Of a stretch of 64,000 bases of DNA, positions 29,325 to 39,468 are shown piece by piece. The translations under genes were made by a program, and so were the position numbers. This DNA comes from Candidatus Moraniibacteriota bacterium (GTDB taxonomy: Bacteria > Patescibacteriota > Minisyncoccia > Moranbacterales > UBA1568). The notes beneath the pieces are model-generated. The model saw only the letters and a list, made by a program, of their open reading frames with translations. It made no database searches and was not told where the DNA came from. Numbering within the stretch: the first letter of the stretch is position 1; every line of letters begins with the position of its first letter. The stretch covers positions 44,857 to 108,856 of the forward strand of contig JBPOHW010000001.1 in NCBI GenBank assembly GCA_052035095.1, written 5' to 3'.

Positions 29325-29861
29325 ATGGCAAATCGGCACCTTCAGCGGTCCGTGGCAATGCAGTCTCTTTTTGAATGGGATTTCCGAACGGCGAGCGAAG
29401 CGGAAATGCCTGAGATTGTTCGTCGAAATCTAGGGGAGTTCGCGCCCGGGCTTGAGGATGCGTCTTTTACCCGTGTTCTCGTTGAAGGAACGCTGTTGCA
29501 TCGGTCAGTCATCGACCAATTGATCCAAAAGTGCGCGCCCGAGTGGCCACTTGACCAAGTAACCGTCATTGACCGCAATATTTTGCGGCTCGGTATTTTT
29601 GAGCTCCTCTACGGCAATTACGATGAAGTGCCGCCCAAAGTGGCGATCAACGAGTCCATTGAGCTTTCCAAAACCTTCGGAAGCGACAGCTCGCCCCGAT
29701 TCATCAATGGCGTCCTGGGAACCATCTATCGCGAGATGGGTGAGCCGATGAAGGATGATTCGAGCGAAAAACGCCGCGCCGCGTTGAAATTGAAAGAACT
29801 TGAAGAGCATCCGACGGAAGTGCAGACCGAGCCGATGAGCACGACGAATAATGATAAATGA
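29325..29861 (+). CDS. nusB: Transcription antitermination factor NusB
   Basis: [27 protein letters not shown]. Confidence 0.95.
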   Translation: MANRHLQRSVAMQSLFEWDFRTASEAEMPEIVRRNLGEFAPGLEDASFTRVLVEGTLLHRSVIDQLIQKCAPEWPLDQVTVIDRNILRLGIFELLYGNYDEVPPKVAINESIELSKTFGSDSSPRFINGVLGTIYREMGEPMKDDSSEKRRAALKLKELEEHPTEVQTEPMSTTNNDK

Positions 29862-29947
29862 CAAATGGTAAATTTCAAAATAATTTCAGAATTTCAAAAT
29901 TCAAAAATTATTTTATCATTTGAAATTTATCATTTAAAATTTTAACT
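29851..29947. repeat. AT-rich heptamer-periodic inverted repeat
   Basis: AAATGAT/AAATGAC/AAATGGT/AAATTTC arms mirrored by ATCATTT GAAATTT ATCATTT. Confidence 0.6.
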
Positions 29948-30022
29948 TCCTTCCCCGCATAAGCTGAGGCATTCTCTCTTCTTTTTTTTGAGTGTCTTGC
30001 TTTTTTTGGGAAGCGTTTCCGT

Positions 30023-30715
30023 ATGAAAGAATTTGACAGCGCGGAAATTTCCCGCATCCTGGGCGTTTCATTCAACAATGTCGAGTATTTTCAGTCCGCG
30101 TTTACTCACCGATCGTATCTCAATGAGCACCGAAACTATCCGCTCGAACACAATGAGCGCCTTGAGTTTTTGGGGGACGCGGTTCTCGAGCTCGTGGTAA
30201 CGGAATATTTGTATCATCACTATCCCAATCCCGAAGGGGAGCTTACAAGCTGGCGCGCAGCGCTCGTCAATGGCGAGATGCTCTCGCGCGTCGGCGCCGA
30301 ACTCGACATCGAGCCCTTTCTTCTGATGAGTCGGGGCGAAGCGAAAGACACCGGGCGATCACGACAGTATCTCGTGGCGAACGCGATGGAGGCGATTATT
30401 GGCGCGCTCTATCTCGATCAGGGGTACGAAGCGGCAAAGGCGTTCATTCTTCGCGTTGTCGTCAGGCATCTTCCCGAGGTCTTCGAGCAAAAACTCTACG
30501 CGGATCCGAAAAGTCGATTCCAGGAAGAGGCGCAGACGCGACTCAGTATCACGCCGTCTTATCGCGTCCTTTCCGAGTTTGGTCCCGATCACGACAAACG
30601 ATTTACCGCCGGCGCGTACCTTGGAGATGACCTCGTCGCCGAGGGTGAAGGCGCCTCCAAGCAGGAGGCTCAGCGCGAATCCGCGAAAAATGCTTTGGAG
30701 AAAAAGGGGTGGTAA
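30023..30715 (+). CDS. rnc: Ribonuclease III
   Basis: NERLEFLGDAVL, dsRBD (PKSRFQE...GPDH). Confidence 0.97.
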   Translation: MKEFDSAEISRILGVSFNNVEYFQSAFTHRSYLNEHRNYPLEHNERLEFLGDAVLELVVTEYLYHHYPNPEGELTSWRAALVNGEMLSRVGAELDIEPFLLMSRGEAKDTGRSRQYLVANAMEAIIGALYLDQGYEAAKAFILRVVVRHLPEVFEQKLYADPKSRFQEEAQTRLSITPSYRVLSEFGPDHDKRFTAGAYLGDDLVAEGEGASKQEAQRESAKNALEKKGW

Positions 30716-30775
30716 GAAAAAATGCAGAATGAAAAATTCAAAATTGAAAATGAAAAGATACGGAAAATGCACTCT

Positions 30776-32011
30776 ATGAAACACTCGCAACTTTTCACGA
30801 AAACTCGAAAGGAGAATCCGGCGGATGAGGTGAGTCGGAACGCGCAACTCCTCATTCGCGCCAGCTTCATTCACAAAGAAATGGCGGGGGTGTATACGTT
30901 TTTGCCGCTTGGACTTCGCGTGCTTCAGAAAATTGAAAATATCATTCGTGAAGAAATGAATCGAATAGGCGGGCAAGAAGTCTTTTTGACCGCACTTCAG
31001 AATCCGGAACTCTGGCAAACAACTGATCGTTGGAGCGATGATGTAGTCGATAATTGGTTTAAGACCACACTCAAAAACGGTACGGAACTTGGTCTTGGTT
31101 TCACGCACGAAGAAGCAATCACAGCGATGATGAAACAACATATCGCATCCTATCGCGACCTCCCCGTGTACGCGTACCAGATACAAACAAAATTCAGAAA
31201 TGAAGAACGCGCCAAAAGTGGCATTATGCGCGGACGAGAATTTCTCATGAAAGATCTCTATTCGTTTAATGCGACACAGGAAGAGTTGGATACGTTCTAC
31301 GAGCGGTGTGCCGAAGCATATATAAAAATATTCTCTCGAGTTGGTATTGGCGCGCGCACGTTCAAGACGTTTGCGAGCGGTGGCGTCTTTTCGAAATATA
31401 GCCACGAATTCCAAACCGTGAGCGACGCCGGCGAGGATACAATCTATCTGTCTCGTAAAAAGGGCATTGCCATAAACGAAGAAGTCTATACCGATGAAGT
31501 ACTTGCCGATCTCGGTCTCCAAAAGGAGGAACTCGAGAGGGTAACCTCGATTGAAGTTGGGAATATTTTCAAACTTGGCACGCGATTTTCGGAAGCGCTT
31601 GGATTGACTTATAAGGACGAAAACGGGACGGCGAGGCCGGTTATTATGGGAAGCTATGGCATTGGCCCCTCGCGACTTCTGGGAACGATTGTCGAAGTTC
31701 TTTCCGACGAAAAGGGAATCGTGTGGCCCGAAAGTGTCGCGCCGTTTCAGGTGCATCTCCTCTCGCTCGGGGCAGACACGGAGGCAAATGAATGGTATGA
31801 AAAATTGCAAACGGCCGGTATCGAAACACTCTTTGATGATCGCGACACGAGCGCCGGGGAAAAATTCGGCGACAGCGATCTCCTCGGCATCCCATATCGC
31901 CTCGTTATCTCCAAACGTTCTCTTGGAAAAGGCGGCGCGGAAGTGAAACGACGAACGGAAAGCGAATCGAAAATTATGTCTTTTGAAGAAGTGATGAATT
32001 TTTTGAGTTAA
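30776..32011 (+). CDS. proS: Prolyl-tRNA synthetase (short form, no editing domain)
   Basis: GVYTFLPLG, THEE, KFRNEERAKSGIMRGREFLMKD, IEVGNIFKLG, MGSYGIG. Confidence 0.95.
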   Translation: MKHSQLFTKTRKENPADEVSRNAQLLIRASFIHKEMAGVYTFLPLGLRVLQKIENIIREEMNRIGGQEVFLTALQNPELWQTTDRWSDDVVDNWFKTTLKNGTELGLGFTHEEAITAMMKQHIASYRDLPVYAYQIQTKFRNEERAKSGIMRGREFLMKDLYSFNATQEELDTFYERCAEAYIKIFSRVGIGARTFKTFASGGVFSKYSHEFQTVSDAGEDTIYLSRKKGIAINEEVYTDEVLADLGLQKEELERVTSIEVGNIFKLGTRFSEALGLTYKDENGTARPVIMGSYGIGPSRLLGTIVEVLSDEKGIVWPESVAPFQVHLLSLGADTEANEWYEKLQTAGIETLFDDRDTSAGEKFGDSDLLGIPYRLVISKRSLGKGGAEVKRRTESESKIMSFEEVMNFLS

Positions 32012-32016
32012 ATGCC

Positions 32017-32718
32017 GTGAAACATGACGCTTCAAAACGATTTCTCATTTCGGTCGGCGGATCGCTGGTGGTGCCAAGTGGGATTGATACCGATTTTGTG
32101 GGGCGATTTCACGACGGCATTGTCTCTCGCGTGCGGGAAGGGTATTCGTTTGTACTCGTTGTGGGCGGCGGTAAGACGGCGCGCAACTATATCGATGCGG
32201 CATCAAAAATTCATACGATCGAAAACGATGACCAAGACTGGCTCGGCATTCACGCGACGCGCATGAACGCGCATTTTCTTCGCACGATTTTTCGCGAGTG
32301 GGCGCATCCCAAGATCAATACCAATCCGCATGACCTCGATGATTTCTACCAAATAAAAGAGCCGATCATGGTAGCCAGCGGGTGGCGCCCGGGATTTTCA
32401 ACCGACTATATCGCGACCGTCCTTGCGAAATATCTTGATTTCAAAACGATCATCAACCTCTCCAATACAGACGGCGTCTATGAGGCGGATCCGAAACAGA
32501 ATCCGTCAGCGAAGCGGTATGGTCACCTCTCATGGACGGAATTTCGCGCGCTGGTCGGTGATACCTGGAGCCCGGGTATGAACGTGCCGTTTGATCCGGT
32601 TGCCTCGAAACTCGCAGAAGAAGAAAATTTTACCGTCGTCGTCATGAATGGCGCCGATACCGAAAATCTCGAACGATATTTTCTGGGAAAGGATTTTGTA
32701 GGAACGACGATTCAATGA
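32017..32718 (+). CDS. pyrH: UMP kinase (archaeal-type)
   Basis: SVGGS, VVGGGKTARNY, GWRPGFSTD, DGVYEADP, PFDP. Confidence 0.9.
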   Translation: MKHDASKRFLISVGGSLVVPSGIDTDFVGRFHDGIVSRVREGYSFVLVVGGGKTARNYIDAASKIHTIENDDQDWLGIHATRMNAHFLRTIFREWAHPKINTNPHDLDDFYQIKEPIMVASGWRPGFSTDYIATVLAKYLDFKTIINLSNTDGVYEADPKQNPSAKRYGHLSWTEFRALVGDTWSPGMNVPFDPVASKLAEEENFTVVVMNGADTENLERYFLGKDFVGTTIQ

Positions 32719-32721
32719 TAT

Positions 32722-33828
32722 ATGCGTATTGCCATTCAGGCGGCGGATCTTGACGCGGGGCGGATCGATGGGACGAGAGTGTATCTTTTGCGACTCCTCG
32801 AGCGATTTGGGACGGCATTTCCCGAACATGCGTGGCACCTCTATCATCGCCGTAGCTTCAATCCGGATCTTGCGCCGCCCACACTTCCAAACTATACGGT
32901 TCACACGGTGCCATTTCCGTTCTTCTGGACGCAGACACGGTTTTCTCTGGAGATCCTCCGACAGAAACCCGAGCGTGTTTTTATGCCCGTTCAGGCGCTT
33001 CCGTTTTTTGCGCCGCGAAAAACCGAATCCATCGTCACCATCCACGATCTCGCGTTCAAAATTTTTCCGGAGCATTTCCCGTCGCGCGACCTCCGGCGAC
33101 TCAATTGGTTTACGAATTTTGCCATCCGAAACGCGAGTCGGCTCATCGCTGTTTCGGAAGCGACCAAGCGGGATATTTTGAAATTTTATCCTACAGTGAA
33201 CGAAGAAAAAATTCGCGTGATTCATCACGGCTTCGATGTGTCGCCAATCATATCCGAACGAGAAACGGAAGAAGCTTTGAAAAAATTCAATCTTGTTTCC
33301 GGTGAATATATTTTGTATGTCGGCGCGCTTCAACCGCGAAAAAATCTCACGCGTCTTATGGAGGCGTTTGGATCACTCACTCGAAAGTATCCGTCGGCAA
33401 AACTCGTCCTCGCGGGAGAAGCGGCCTGGATGAGTGAGGAAATTGTTCACGCGCGCGCGACGCATCCATATCGAGACCGTATCGTGCTCGCGGGTCGCGT
33501 ATCATTTACTGACCGCGCGCGTCTCTACCATGGCGCGCGAATATTTGTGTTTCCGTCGCTTTATGAGGGATTCGGACTCCCGATTCTTGAAGCTTTTGCG
33601 GCGGGTGTTCCCGTCCTCTGCGCGAACAATTCCAGTCTTCCGGAAGTCGCGGGCGACGCCGCGCGATTGTTTGACGCGACGAAAACCGATGAACTCGCGC
33701 AAAACCTTCTCGAACTGTGGGAGAATGAAACGGAACGAACATCTCTCATTGGGAGAGGGAAAGAACAACTCAAAAAATTTTCATGGGATATCTGTGCTCG
33801 CAAAACCGCCGAGTGGATACTTCAGTGA
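32722..33828 (+). CDS. GT4 family glycosyltransferase
   Basis: TIHDL, VGALQPRKN, PSLYEGFGLPILEA. Confidence 0.93.
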   Translation: MRIAIQAADLDAGRIDGTRVYLLRLLERFGTAFPEHAWHLYHRRSFNPDLAPPTLPNYTVHTVPFPFFWTQTRFSLEILRQKPERVFMPVQALPFFAPRKTESIVTIHDLAFKIFPEHFPSRDLRRLNWFTNFAIRNASRLIAVSEATKRDILKFYPTVNEEKIRVIHHGFDVSPIISERETEEALKKFNLVSGEYILYVGALQPRKNLTRLMEAFGSLTRKYPSAKLVLAGEAAWMSEEIVHARATHPYRDRIVLAGRVSFTDRARLYHGARIFVFPSLYEGFGLPILEAFAAGVPVLCANNSSLPEVAGDAARLFDATKTDELAQNLLELWENETERTSLIGRGKEQLKKFSWDICARKTAEWILQ

Positions 33829-34271
33829 GAAACTTTCCCGCCATCATCTTCCCATATGAAAAATAGCCAAAGAAGCGGGAAGGTAAGAAGAATGATGCTT
33901 ATTACAATACTCGGATGAAATCCGAGGAGTGAATTGCCGAGGAGGAAGAGTATCCAGAAGGAAAAGAGTCCCAAGAAAAATCGTTTCTTCTTTGGGGAAT
34001 ACCCCGAGGAACTGTTTTTTAATTCCGGAAGTGCTCGGGAAAGAGCTCGCTCCGCCACGAGAAGGATGGCGATTCCCAAAATAAAGAAAAGAACGCCGGT
34101 ACGGAGTGAAATCGTCCCCGGAAGAATACTCTCGAGCGAGAGAAGCGCGGCAAGCGCCACAAGCGACAAAACAAGCGCCTCATACAGAAGGCGTGCAGTT
34201 ACGAATCGCGCCTCTTTTGTCTGTAAGAGAGCTCGAAGAGAAGTGCAGTATTTTAATACAGGTAATTTCAT
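33822..34271 (-). CDS. Hypothetical membrane protein
   Basis: Four TM helices; operon with upstream minus-strand genes. Confidence 0.7.
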   Translation of the reverse strand: MKLPVLKYCTSLRALLQTKEARFVTARLLYEALVLSLVALAALLSLESILPGTISLRTGVLFFILGIAILLVAERALSRALPELKNSSSGYSPKKKRFFLGLFSFWILFLLGNSLLGFHPSIVISIILLTFPLLWLFFIWEDDGGKVSH

Positions 34272-34279
34272 AGAATATG

Positions 34280-35617
34280 TCAGGATTCGGGAATATACCT
34301 CGAAAGTATTCGTTCCTTCAGTTTGGAAAGCATTCGAAATAACGAATCTTTACTCACGGATGTTTCAAAAGAAACGTCAAGCCTTCGAATATCGGTATCG
34401 GCGGGAACGTCAATTGAAAATTCATAGGTATCACCGTGAAACTCGCGGAGCGCCGCGAGCGGGATGGAGCATTCGAGGTAATACGAAGAAAGCGGAGAAA
34501 AACCCTCTTCCAACACGCATGAAGCTCTCGTTTGAAGCGACTCCGAGGAAACAAGGATCGGATGTCGATTGCCGAGCCATGCGTGAAGAATAGTTTCTCC
34601 TCGAATCTCTCGTTTTTTTCCTTCCTCGATGAGGAAGTACCGATTTTCTCTTGTGTCAAGCAACACGGTTCCATCCGGATGCGGCACGGATACATCGACG
34701 AATTTTCCTTTCGGCACGAGGCTGATTTCTTCGTCGTTTGCCGGACGAACATCGTCCCAGGAGTATCCGAGCGAAAGAAAAATGTCAACGCCGAGTATGG
34801 GTCGCGGAGACTCACCGTCCATCAGGAAAACGCCGTCGCCCCACGAAAGGAGCGAGCCGCTCGGGTAGCCGCGCCATTCATCTGAAACCGTTCGCGCGCG
34901 GATAAATGAAACGTCTCTCGGGAGCGCCCAGTTTTCCGGAAATCGAGCAAGAAACGATTCGCGACTCACAAAAGGGATGAGTTTGCCGTTTCGCCACTCG
35001 TAAAAAATACCGTCCGAATGAATAAATGACCCACTCGGCGGTTCATCGCCGGAAAATTCGACTGATCCGCCGTCTCGATGGAGAAGTAGCTCCTCGGATG
35101 AAGCGACAAGAAACACATTCGGATCGAACCCAAGAGACCTGACCGCATCTTCGGACGGGAAACGTTTTCTTGTTCCATTTGGGGCGATTTGAAAATAGTC
35201 TCCTCCGAATCGAAGGAGTGATCCCTTTGGAAAAGGAGCAAGGCTTCCTTCGGGATAGAGAAATGCCTTTTGTGAGCGCCGAATCGAGACACTTCCGCTT
35301 TCGAGCGCGCGCACCGAATCATCTCCCGAAACACCTATGATCGCGTTTGAGAAGTCCCCGAATATCGAGGCGTCAACAATAAGCATTTCGCTTTCGGCAA
35401 GTCGCCCGTTCCCGCGCGGGTCACCCGTATCGGTTCTCGGACTTTGGAGCGTGTTTCGTTCCGCTTTTGAGTTTTCAAAGTCGAAGACAAAATCGAATGA
35501 GGGAAAGAAGAGAGAAAAGGCAAACGTGAACATTCCAAAAAAGAAAATGGACCAAAGGATGACACGTCCCGTAATAAAAACAATATTCCAAAGTTTTGGT
35601 AGGGAGGAAGAGCTCAT
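34280..35617 (-). CDS. Membrane-anchored extracytoplasmic protein with internal repeats
   Basis: N-terminal TM; repeated P.G(S/T)(L/F/V)...Y/F..I...G..R/K modules. Confidence 0.7.
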   Translation of the reverse strand: MSSSSLPKLWNIVFITGRVILWSIFFFGMFTFAFSLFFPSFDFVFDFENSKAERNTLQSPRTDTGDPRGNGRLAESEMLIVDASIFGDFSNAIIGVSGDDSVRALESGSVSIRRSQKAFLYPEGSLAPFPKGSLLRFGGDYFQIAPNGTRKRFPSEDAVRSLGFDPNVFLVASSEELLLHRDGGSVEFSGDEPPSGSFIHSDGIFYEWRNGKLIPFVSRESFLARFPENWALPRDVSFIRARTVSDEWRGYPSGSLLSWGDGVFLMDGESPRPILGVDIFLSLGYSWDDVRPANDEEISLVPKGKFVDVSVPHPDGTVLLDTRENRYFLIEEGKKREIRGETILHAWLGNRHPILVSSESLQTRASCVLEEGFSPLSSYYLECSIPLAALREFHGDTYEFSIDVPADTDIRRLDVSFETSVSKDSLFRMLSKLKERILSRYIPES

Positions 35618-35641
35618 GGGGAGAGAATGAGGAATGAAGAA

Positions 35642-37531
35642 TTAAGAATGAGGAATGGAGGAGGAGAGAGGGAGGATGCGAAAGATAGCTCCGTGAACAG
35701 TTTCGGCTTTTTGGGTGGGGAGGCGAGAGGGATCGGTTTCGCGAGAAAGGATAGAAGTGCGGAGCGTATAAGAAGATGCTGCTTCGAGAAGATATCGATC
35801 CTTGAACGTATCACGATAGCGTGCCTCATCGCCGTTTCGCGCGATGAGGTAGATATTCTCAAAGCGAGATTGATCGATTCGGTCGAGGTCGTCGGGATTG
35901 AAAAAGTATACCGCGTTTTTGCCGAAAAGCGTACTCATGGAGTCGGCGATCATAGAATAGGGATCGCCAGACGCCATCCGGTCAACGAGGACGAGATCGC
36001 GATCGGAAAATATCTCGGAAAGTTTCTCGACATCTTCAAGGAGATTTGGATTTTCGGAAAAGGAAAGCGTGGGAAGAGTGGCCGGGAAAGAGGGAAGAAT
36101 GAGGAGTGATGAAAAAACCAGTGAAAATATCGTTGGGCGAAACAGTATTTTTCCGGGGTATTTCTCGGAAAAAACTTTCTGGAGATGCGCCACTGCAAAT
36201 ATCGCGAGAATGATGACGGTCGGCCAGAGGGAGAAAATGAAACGACGCAAAAGCCATGGGTGATCGCTGGAAATATGAGTATTTACCAGATAGATGAATG
36301 TCGGGAACGCAAGAAAAAACGGGGTAAGAGAAAGAGAATGTCGCTTTCGAAAAAGGGTAACTCCTCCTAGCAGAGCGAGCGCGAAAACCGAGATCATCCC
36401 GTAAGTCCACAATATTTCAATGTTTCTGAAAAGTGTGGAAAAAATGGATACGCTCGCTGATATGTTCCCGGAAGGAGAGAGGGAATTGACGAGTGCCTTC
36501 CCAACCGTTCGATAGAAAGGGAGACTGACCCAAAGGCTGACGGCAAAGAATATTCCGGAAAGAGTAACGGCGGGAAGCGTCGCGGAGAGAAACTTGGTTT
36601 TGAGAAACGCTCGAGAATCCGTTCGAAAAATCGCCAAGAGAAAAAAGACAGCGAGAACAAAAAATCCCTCAATGCGCGTCAGAAACAAGAAAATTCCGCT
36701 GAATACGGTCAAGAACCATGAAAGGCGCAACGGGCGCTGAAGAAAGGATATCGCGTGATATGAAACCAAGAGAAAAAGAAACACCGCGAGGTTTTCACTC
36801 AAAACATTGCGTGAGAGCCAAAGAATCGGAAAGGAGAGCGCGGCGATTGAAACGCCGCTTCCGGCAAAGGGAAGGGGAAGGAAGCGGCGAAGCAAGAGAA
36901 AAAGCGCGAGCAGAGTGAGAAAAAAAGTCACGGCATTGGCGATGGAGATACCGGCGATCTCAAAGAGAGAAATATGCGCTCCAAGCCATGTGATATATCC
37001 CAAGGGAAATTGCGTCACCAGTTGCCCGGTTTTTGTGTAGAAAAATCCGGGAATGTTAAGCGATCGCCCCTCACCGTATATATCGAAGAATTCTTCCGAC
37101 GCGGAGGGAATGCTTGAAACAATCGAATGATCCTGTGCGAGACGCAGTGCCGCTCCCGCGTAGGATCCCTGATCGCGTCCCGAAAAAATCGAGGGCGACG
37201 ATGAAAATAAAAGAATTGCGGCAAACGCAAAAAGAACCGCGCCAACGCGAATAAGCTCTCGTGATGGGCGAAGCTTCCAGAGGAGTGCTATCGTACCAAG
37301 CACGCTTCCGGCAAAAAGGATCCCAATGAATAGCGGCGTAAAGAAACCGGTGATCGCCACAATATACGACCCAAAAAGAAAAGAAATAAACGCAATCGAA
37401 AAGCGATCAAAAATCGTCCGATCACGATCCTCTAACTCGGAATTCTCGGATTTTTCCATATCGATCGAGCCCATACTCGCATTATATCCCGAGACCCCGT
37501 CAGAGGGAAGAAGGGGAGTGGGGCTAGACAA
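35642..37531 (-). CDS. Polytopic GT-C-like membrane protein
   Basis: GRDQGSY loop, TQFPLGY, LSENL, RIEG; start uncertain. Confidence 0.7.
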   Translation of the reverse strand: MSSPTPLLPSDGVSGYNASMGSIDMEKSENSELEDRDRTIFDRFSIAFISFLFGSYIVAITGFFTPLFIGILFAGSVLGTIALLWKLRPSRELIRVGAVLFAFAAILLFSSSPSIFSGRDQGSYAGAALRLAQDHSIVSSIPSASEEFFDIYGEGRSLNIPGFFYTKTGQLVTQFPLGYITWLGAHISLFEIAGISIANAVTFFLTLLALFLLLRRFLPLPFAGSGVSIAALSFPILWLSRNVLSENLAVFLFLLVSYHAISFLQRPLRLSWFLTVFSGIFLFLTRIEGFFVLAVFFLLAIFRTDSRAFLKTKFLSATLPAVTLSGIFFAVSLWVSLPFYRTVGKALVNSLSPSGNISASVSIFSTLFRNIEILWTYGMISVFALALLGGVTLFRKRHSLSLTPFFLAFPTFIYLVNTHISSDHPWLLRRFIFSLWPTVIILAIFAVAHLQKVFSEKYPGKILFRPTIFSLVFSSLLILPSFPATLPTLSFSENPNLLEDVEKLSEIFSDRDLVLVDRMASGDPYSMIADSMSTLFGKNAVYFFNPDDLDRIDQSRFENIYLIARNGDEARYRDTFKDRYLLEAASSYTLRTSILSRETDPSRLPTQKAETVHGAIFRILPLSSSIPHS

Positions 37532-37614
37532 ATATGGTTTCTTGTGATAAGTTTTTAGGGCTGTAACTTACCAATTCATTCGTTTTCATTTACTGAAAAC
37601 CCGAGGTACTCGAT

Positions 37615-37881
37615 ATGAAAAAGATCGATAATGCCACGAAGTCAGTGTTGGTAGAGTTGTGGGAAGAGGTGGAAATCCCCTTCTTTTCCATACTCTTGTC
37701 CTCCGTTTCTGCGTGCAGTGGCTATTTTATAGGCGGAAAGATTTTTGGATTCGGATGGACGGGAATGTTCGCTATCGGCATTGCCTCCCTTGCCATTTTT
37801 CTTTTTCTCCTCATTGTCATAATGACAAGGATGACAAACTTTGAAAAATCACATCCTTTGAGGCAGGAGAACTTCCAATGA
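37615..37881 (+). CDS. Hypothetical two-TM protein
   Basis: GAGG RBS; lower GC; stop overlaps the next ATG. Confidence 0.6.
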   Translation: MKKIDNATKSVLVELWEEVEIPFFSILLSSVSACSGYFIGGKIFGFGWTGMFAIGIASLAIFLFLLIVIMTRMTNFEKSHPLRQENFQ

Positions 37882-38426
37882 CAACGCTTGCTCGTGAAGA
37901 CCTTGATAAAGAAAAAACCAGCAGTAGTGGCGATGATGTCGAGAGCTTCCGTACACAAGGGTACGAGGATATTGATCCCTACTGCTACTATAGAGTGCGG
38001 GATAGAACCATGCTTGTTGGAAATGCACTCTTTGAAGATCTGTTTGAGGATCTGAGAGATATGGAGTTTCTCTCAATAGAGGACTACTTCTTGTCTTTGG
38101 ATGAAAATTCTCCGGAAGATAAGAAAAAAAATTCGGAGATCCTACTGGTCCAATGTGCTTTCCACATAGTCCGCGGCGGAAATGTTGCCTGTAAGGTTAC
38201 CCAAGTTCAAGGAGGATACACATTCCACGTCCCAAGCAGGGAAGTTGCACGAGAAATTTCTCGAGTGCTCCCTAGACTCATTGAGGAGGTTAAAAATGGG
38301 TATAGTAGAGAGAGGGATAGCGTGTGGAAGCCGAAGAAATGGGAGATGCTTAAAGAGTTGCTTTTCTATGCGATTTGCTTCATCTCCCTTGTCCTTTTGG
38401 GATATATAACTAACCTAAATATTTAG
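37878..38426 (+). CDS. Hypothetical protein with C-terminal TM
   Basis: AGGAG RBS, ATGA overlap, followed by a terminator. Confidence 0.6.
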   Translation: MTTLAREDLDKEKTSSSGDDVESFRTQGYEDIDPYCYYRVRDRTMLVGNALFEDLFEDLRDMEFLSIEDYFLSLDENSPEDKKKNSEILLVQCAFHIVRGGNVACKVTQVQGGYTFHVPSREVAREISRVLPRLIEEVKNGYSRERDSVWKPKKWEMLKELLFYAICFISLVLLGYITNLNI

Positions 38427-38442
38427 TAGCTAATGATTTGAT

Positions 38443-38494
38443 GGACGCCACTCCCCTTTCCGAAACGACGGAAAAGAGGGGGGTGGCGTTTTTT
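38443..38494 (+). terminator. Intrinsic terminator
   Basis: GACGCCACTCCCCTTTCC...GGAAAAGAGGGGGGTGGCGTTTTTT. Confidence 0.65.
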
Positions 38495-38737
38495 CTAATC
38501 GGTTTCCGTGATAAAGTAGAATCCGTGATAAAGTAGAAATAGAGAGAGCGGAAGAATTTCTTGAAAAATTACGAGAAAGCGGGTGGTTCCAGTCTCGTCT
38601 CGACGAGAAAGGTAAACGTGTCTATTCATTGAGAAGCACCTTGTTTAAAGTGAAAAAAGATCTCCTGGAGAAGAAGTTTTTGGAACATGTTTCCGAATTT
38701 CTCTCCACACAGTATTATTCTTTGCTTCTTTCTATTT

Positions 38738-38765
38738 ATGTCGCATAACTTACATTATGCGACAG
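38738..38765. other. dif-like (Xer recombination) site
   Basis: ATGTCGCATAA-CTTACA-TTATGCGACAG, an 11-6-11 layout with CGCATAA/TTATG inner arms as in canonical dif. Confidence 0.6.
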
Positions 38766-38826
38766 TGTAGATATTCGAAAACACTCAAGCGCAAGCATTC
38801 CATTTTCCATTATTCCCCCTTCCCTC

Positions 38827-39177
38827 CTATCCCTGTTTCTTGAACCGGACAGCGAAGACGGGTTCGTATTTGTTGCCGTATTCGTCTACCGCCTCGACCG
38901 TTTTGCCATCCATCAAGGTCGTCATAGCCATATCGGTGAGCATTTCTTGATTTGCCTTGATTTCATCAGAGAGTTCTTCGTAGCGTTCATAGCGTTTGCC
39001 GAGCGAGTCCTTGGCTTTTTGTTCAAAGAGGGTCTTTTTTTCGCGCGCCTTCTCGAGTTCCTCGACCGCCTTCTCATAGTCGAGGTTTTGCACCAAGACA
39101 TCGCGGTATTCTTTCTTTATTTCCTTCTGTTCCTTTTTCATCTCCTGGATATGTTTGAAGAGTTCCTGCAATTCCAT
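38827..39177 (-). CDS. Conserved coiled-coil hypothetical protein
   Basis: MELQELF...D.AM..LM.GKTVE..DEY.NKYEPVF.VRFKK; type of protein commonly seen in CPR genomes. Confidence 0.7.
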   Translation of the reverse strand: MELQELFKHIQEMKKEQKEIKKEYRDVLVQNLDYEKAVEELEKAREKKTLFEQKAKDSLGKRYERYEELSDEIKANQEMLTDMAMTTLMDGKTVEAVDEYGNKYEPVFAVRFKKQG

Positions 39178-39234
39178 AGTTTTTTCTGAAAAATTATGTT
39201 TTATGCCAATTTGTCTTGATTCTGCTACCTTGAA

Positions 39235-39327
39235 AGTTGCCTCGACCAAGAAAAGACTTTTTCTCACATGCTCCTCTCTATCGGAGCAAACTTTCGAAAA
39301 ATTCTTTTCTTGGTCTCGGCGTGCATG
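39235..39327. repeat. Structured ~95-nt hairpin element, copy A
   Basis: AGTTGCCTCGAC..[stem]..CACATGCTCCTCTCTATCGGAGCAAACTT..[stem]..GTCTCGGCGTGCATG. Confidence 0.8.
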
Positions 39328-39468
39328 TAGAGAAGATTTTGTCCTAATTTTTCTTCAAACAAAAAAGCGCCCGCGCACTTTTTTGTTTTTGTTTGATCAC
39401 CTACGGAACAAGTATACCGTCTTTTCCCGTTTCCAACAAGAAAACAAACAGGGATTGAAAATTGAGCG

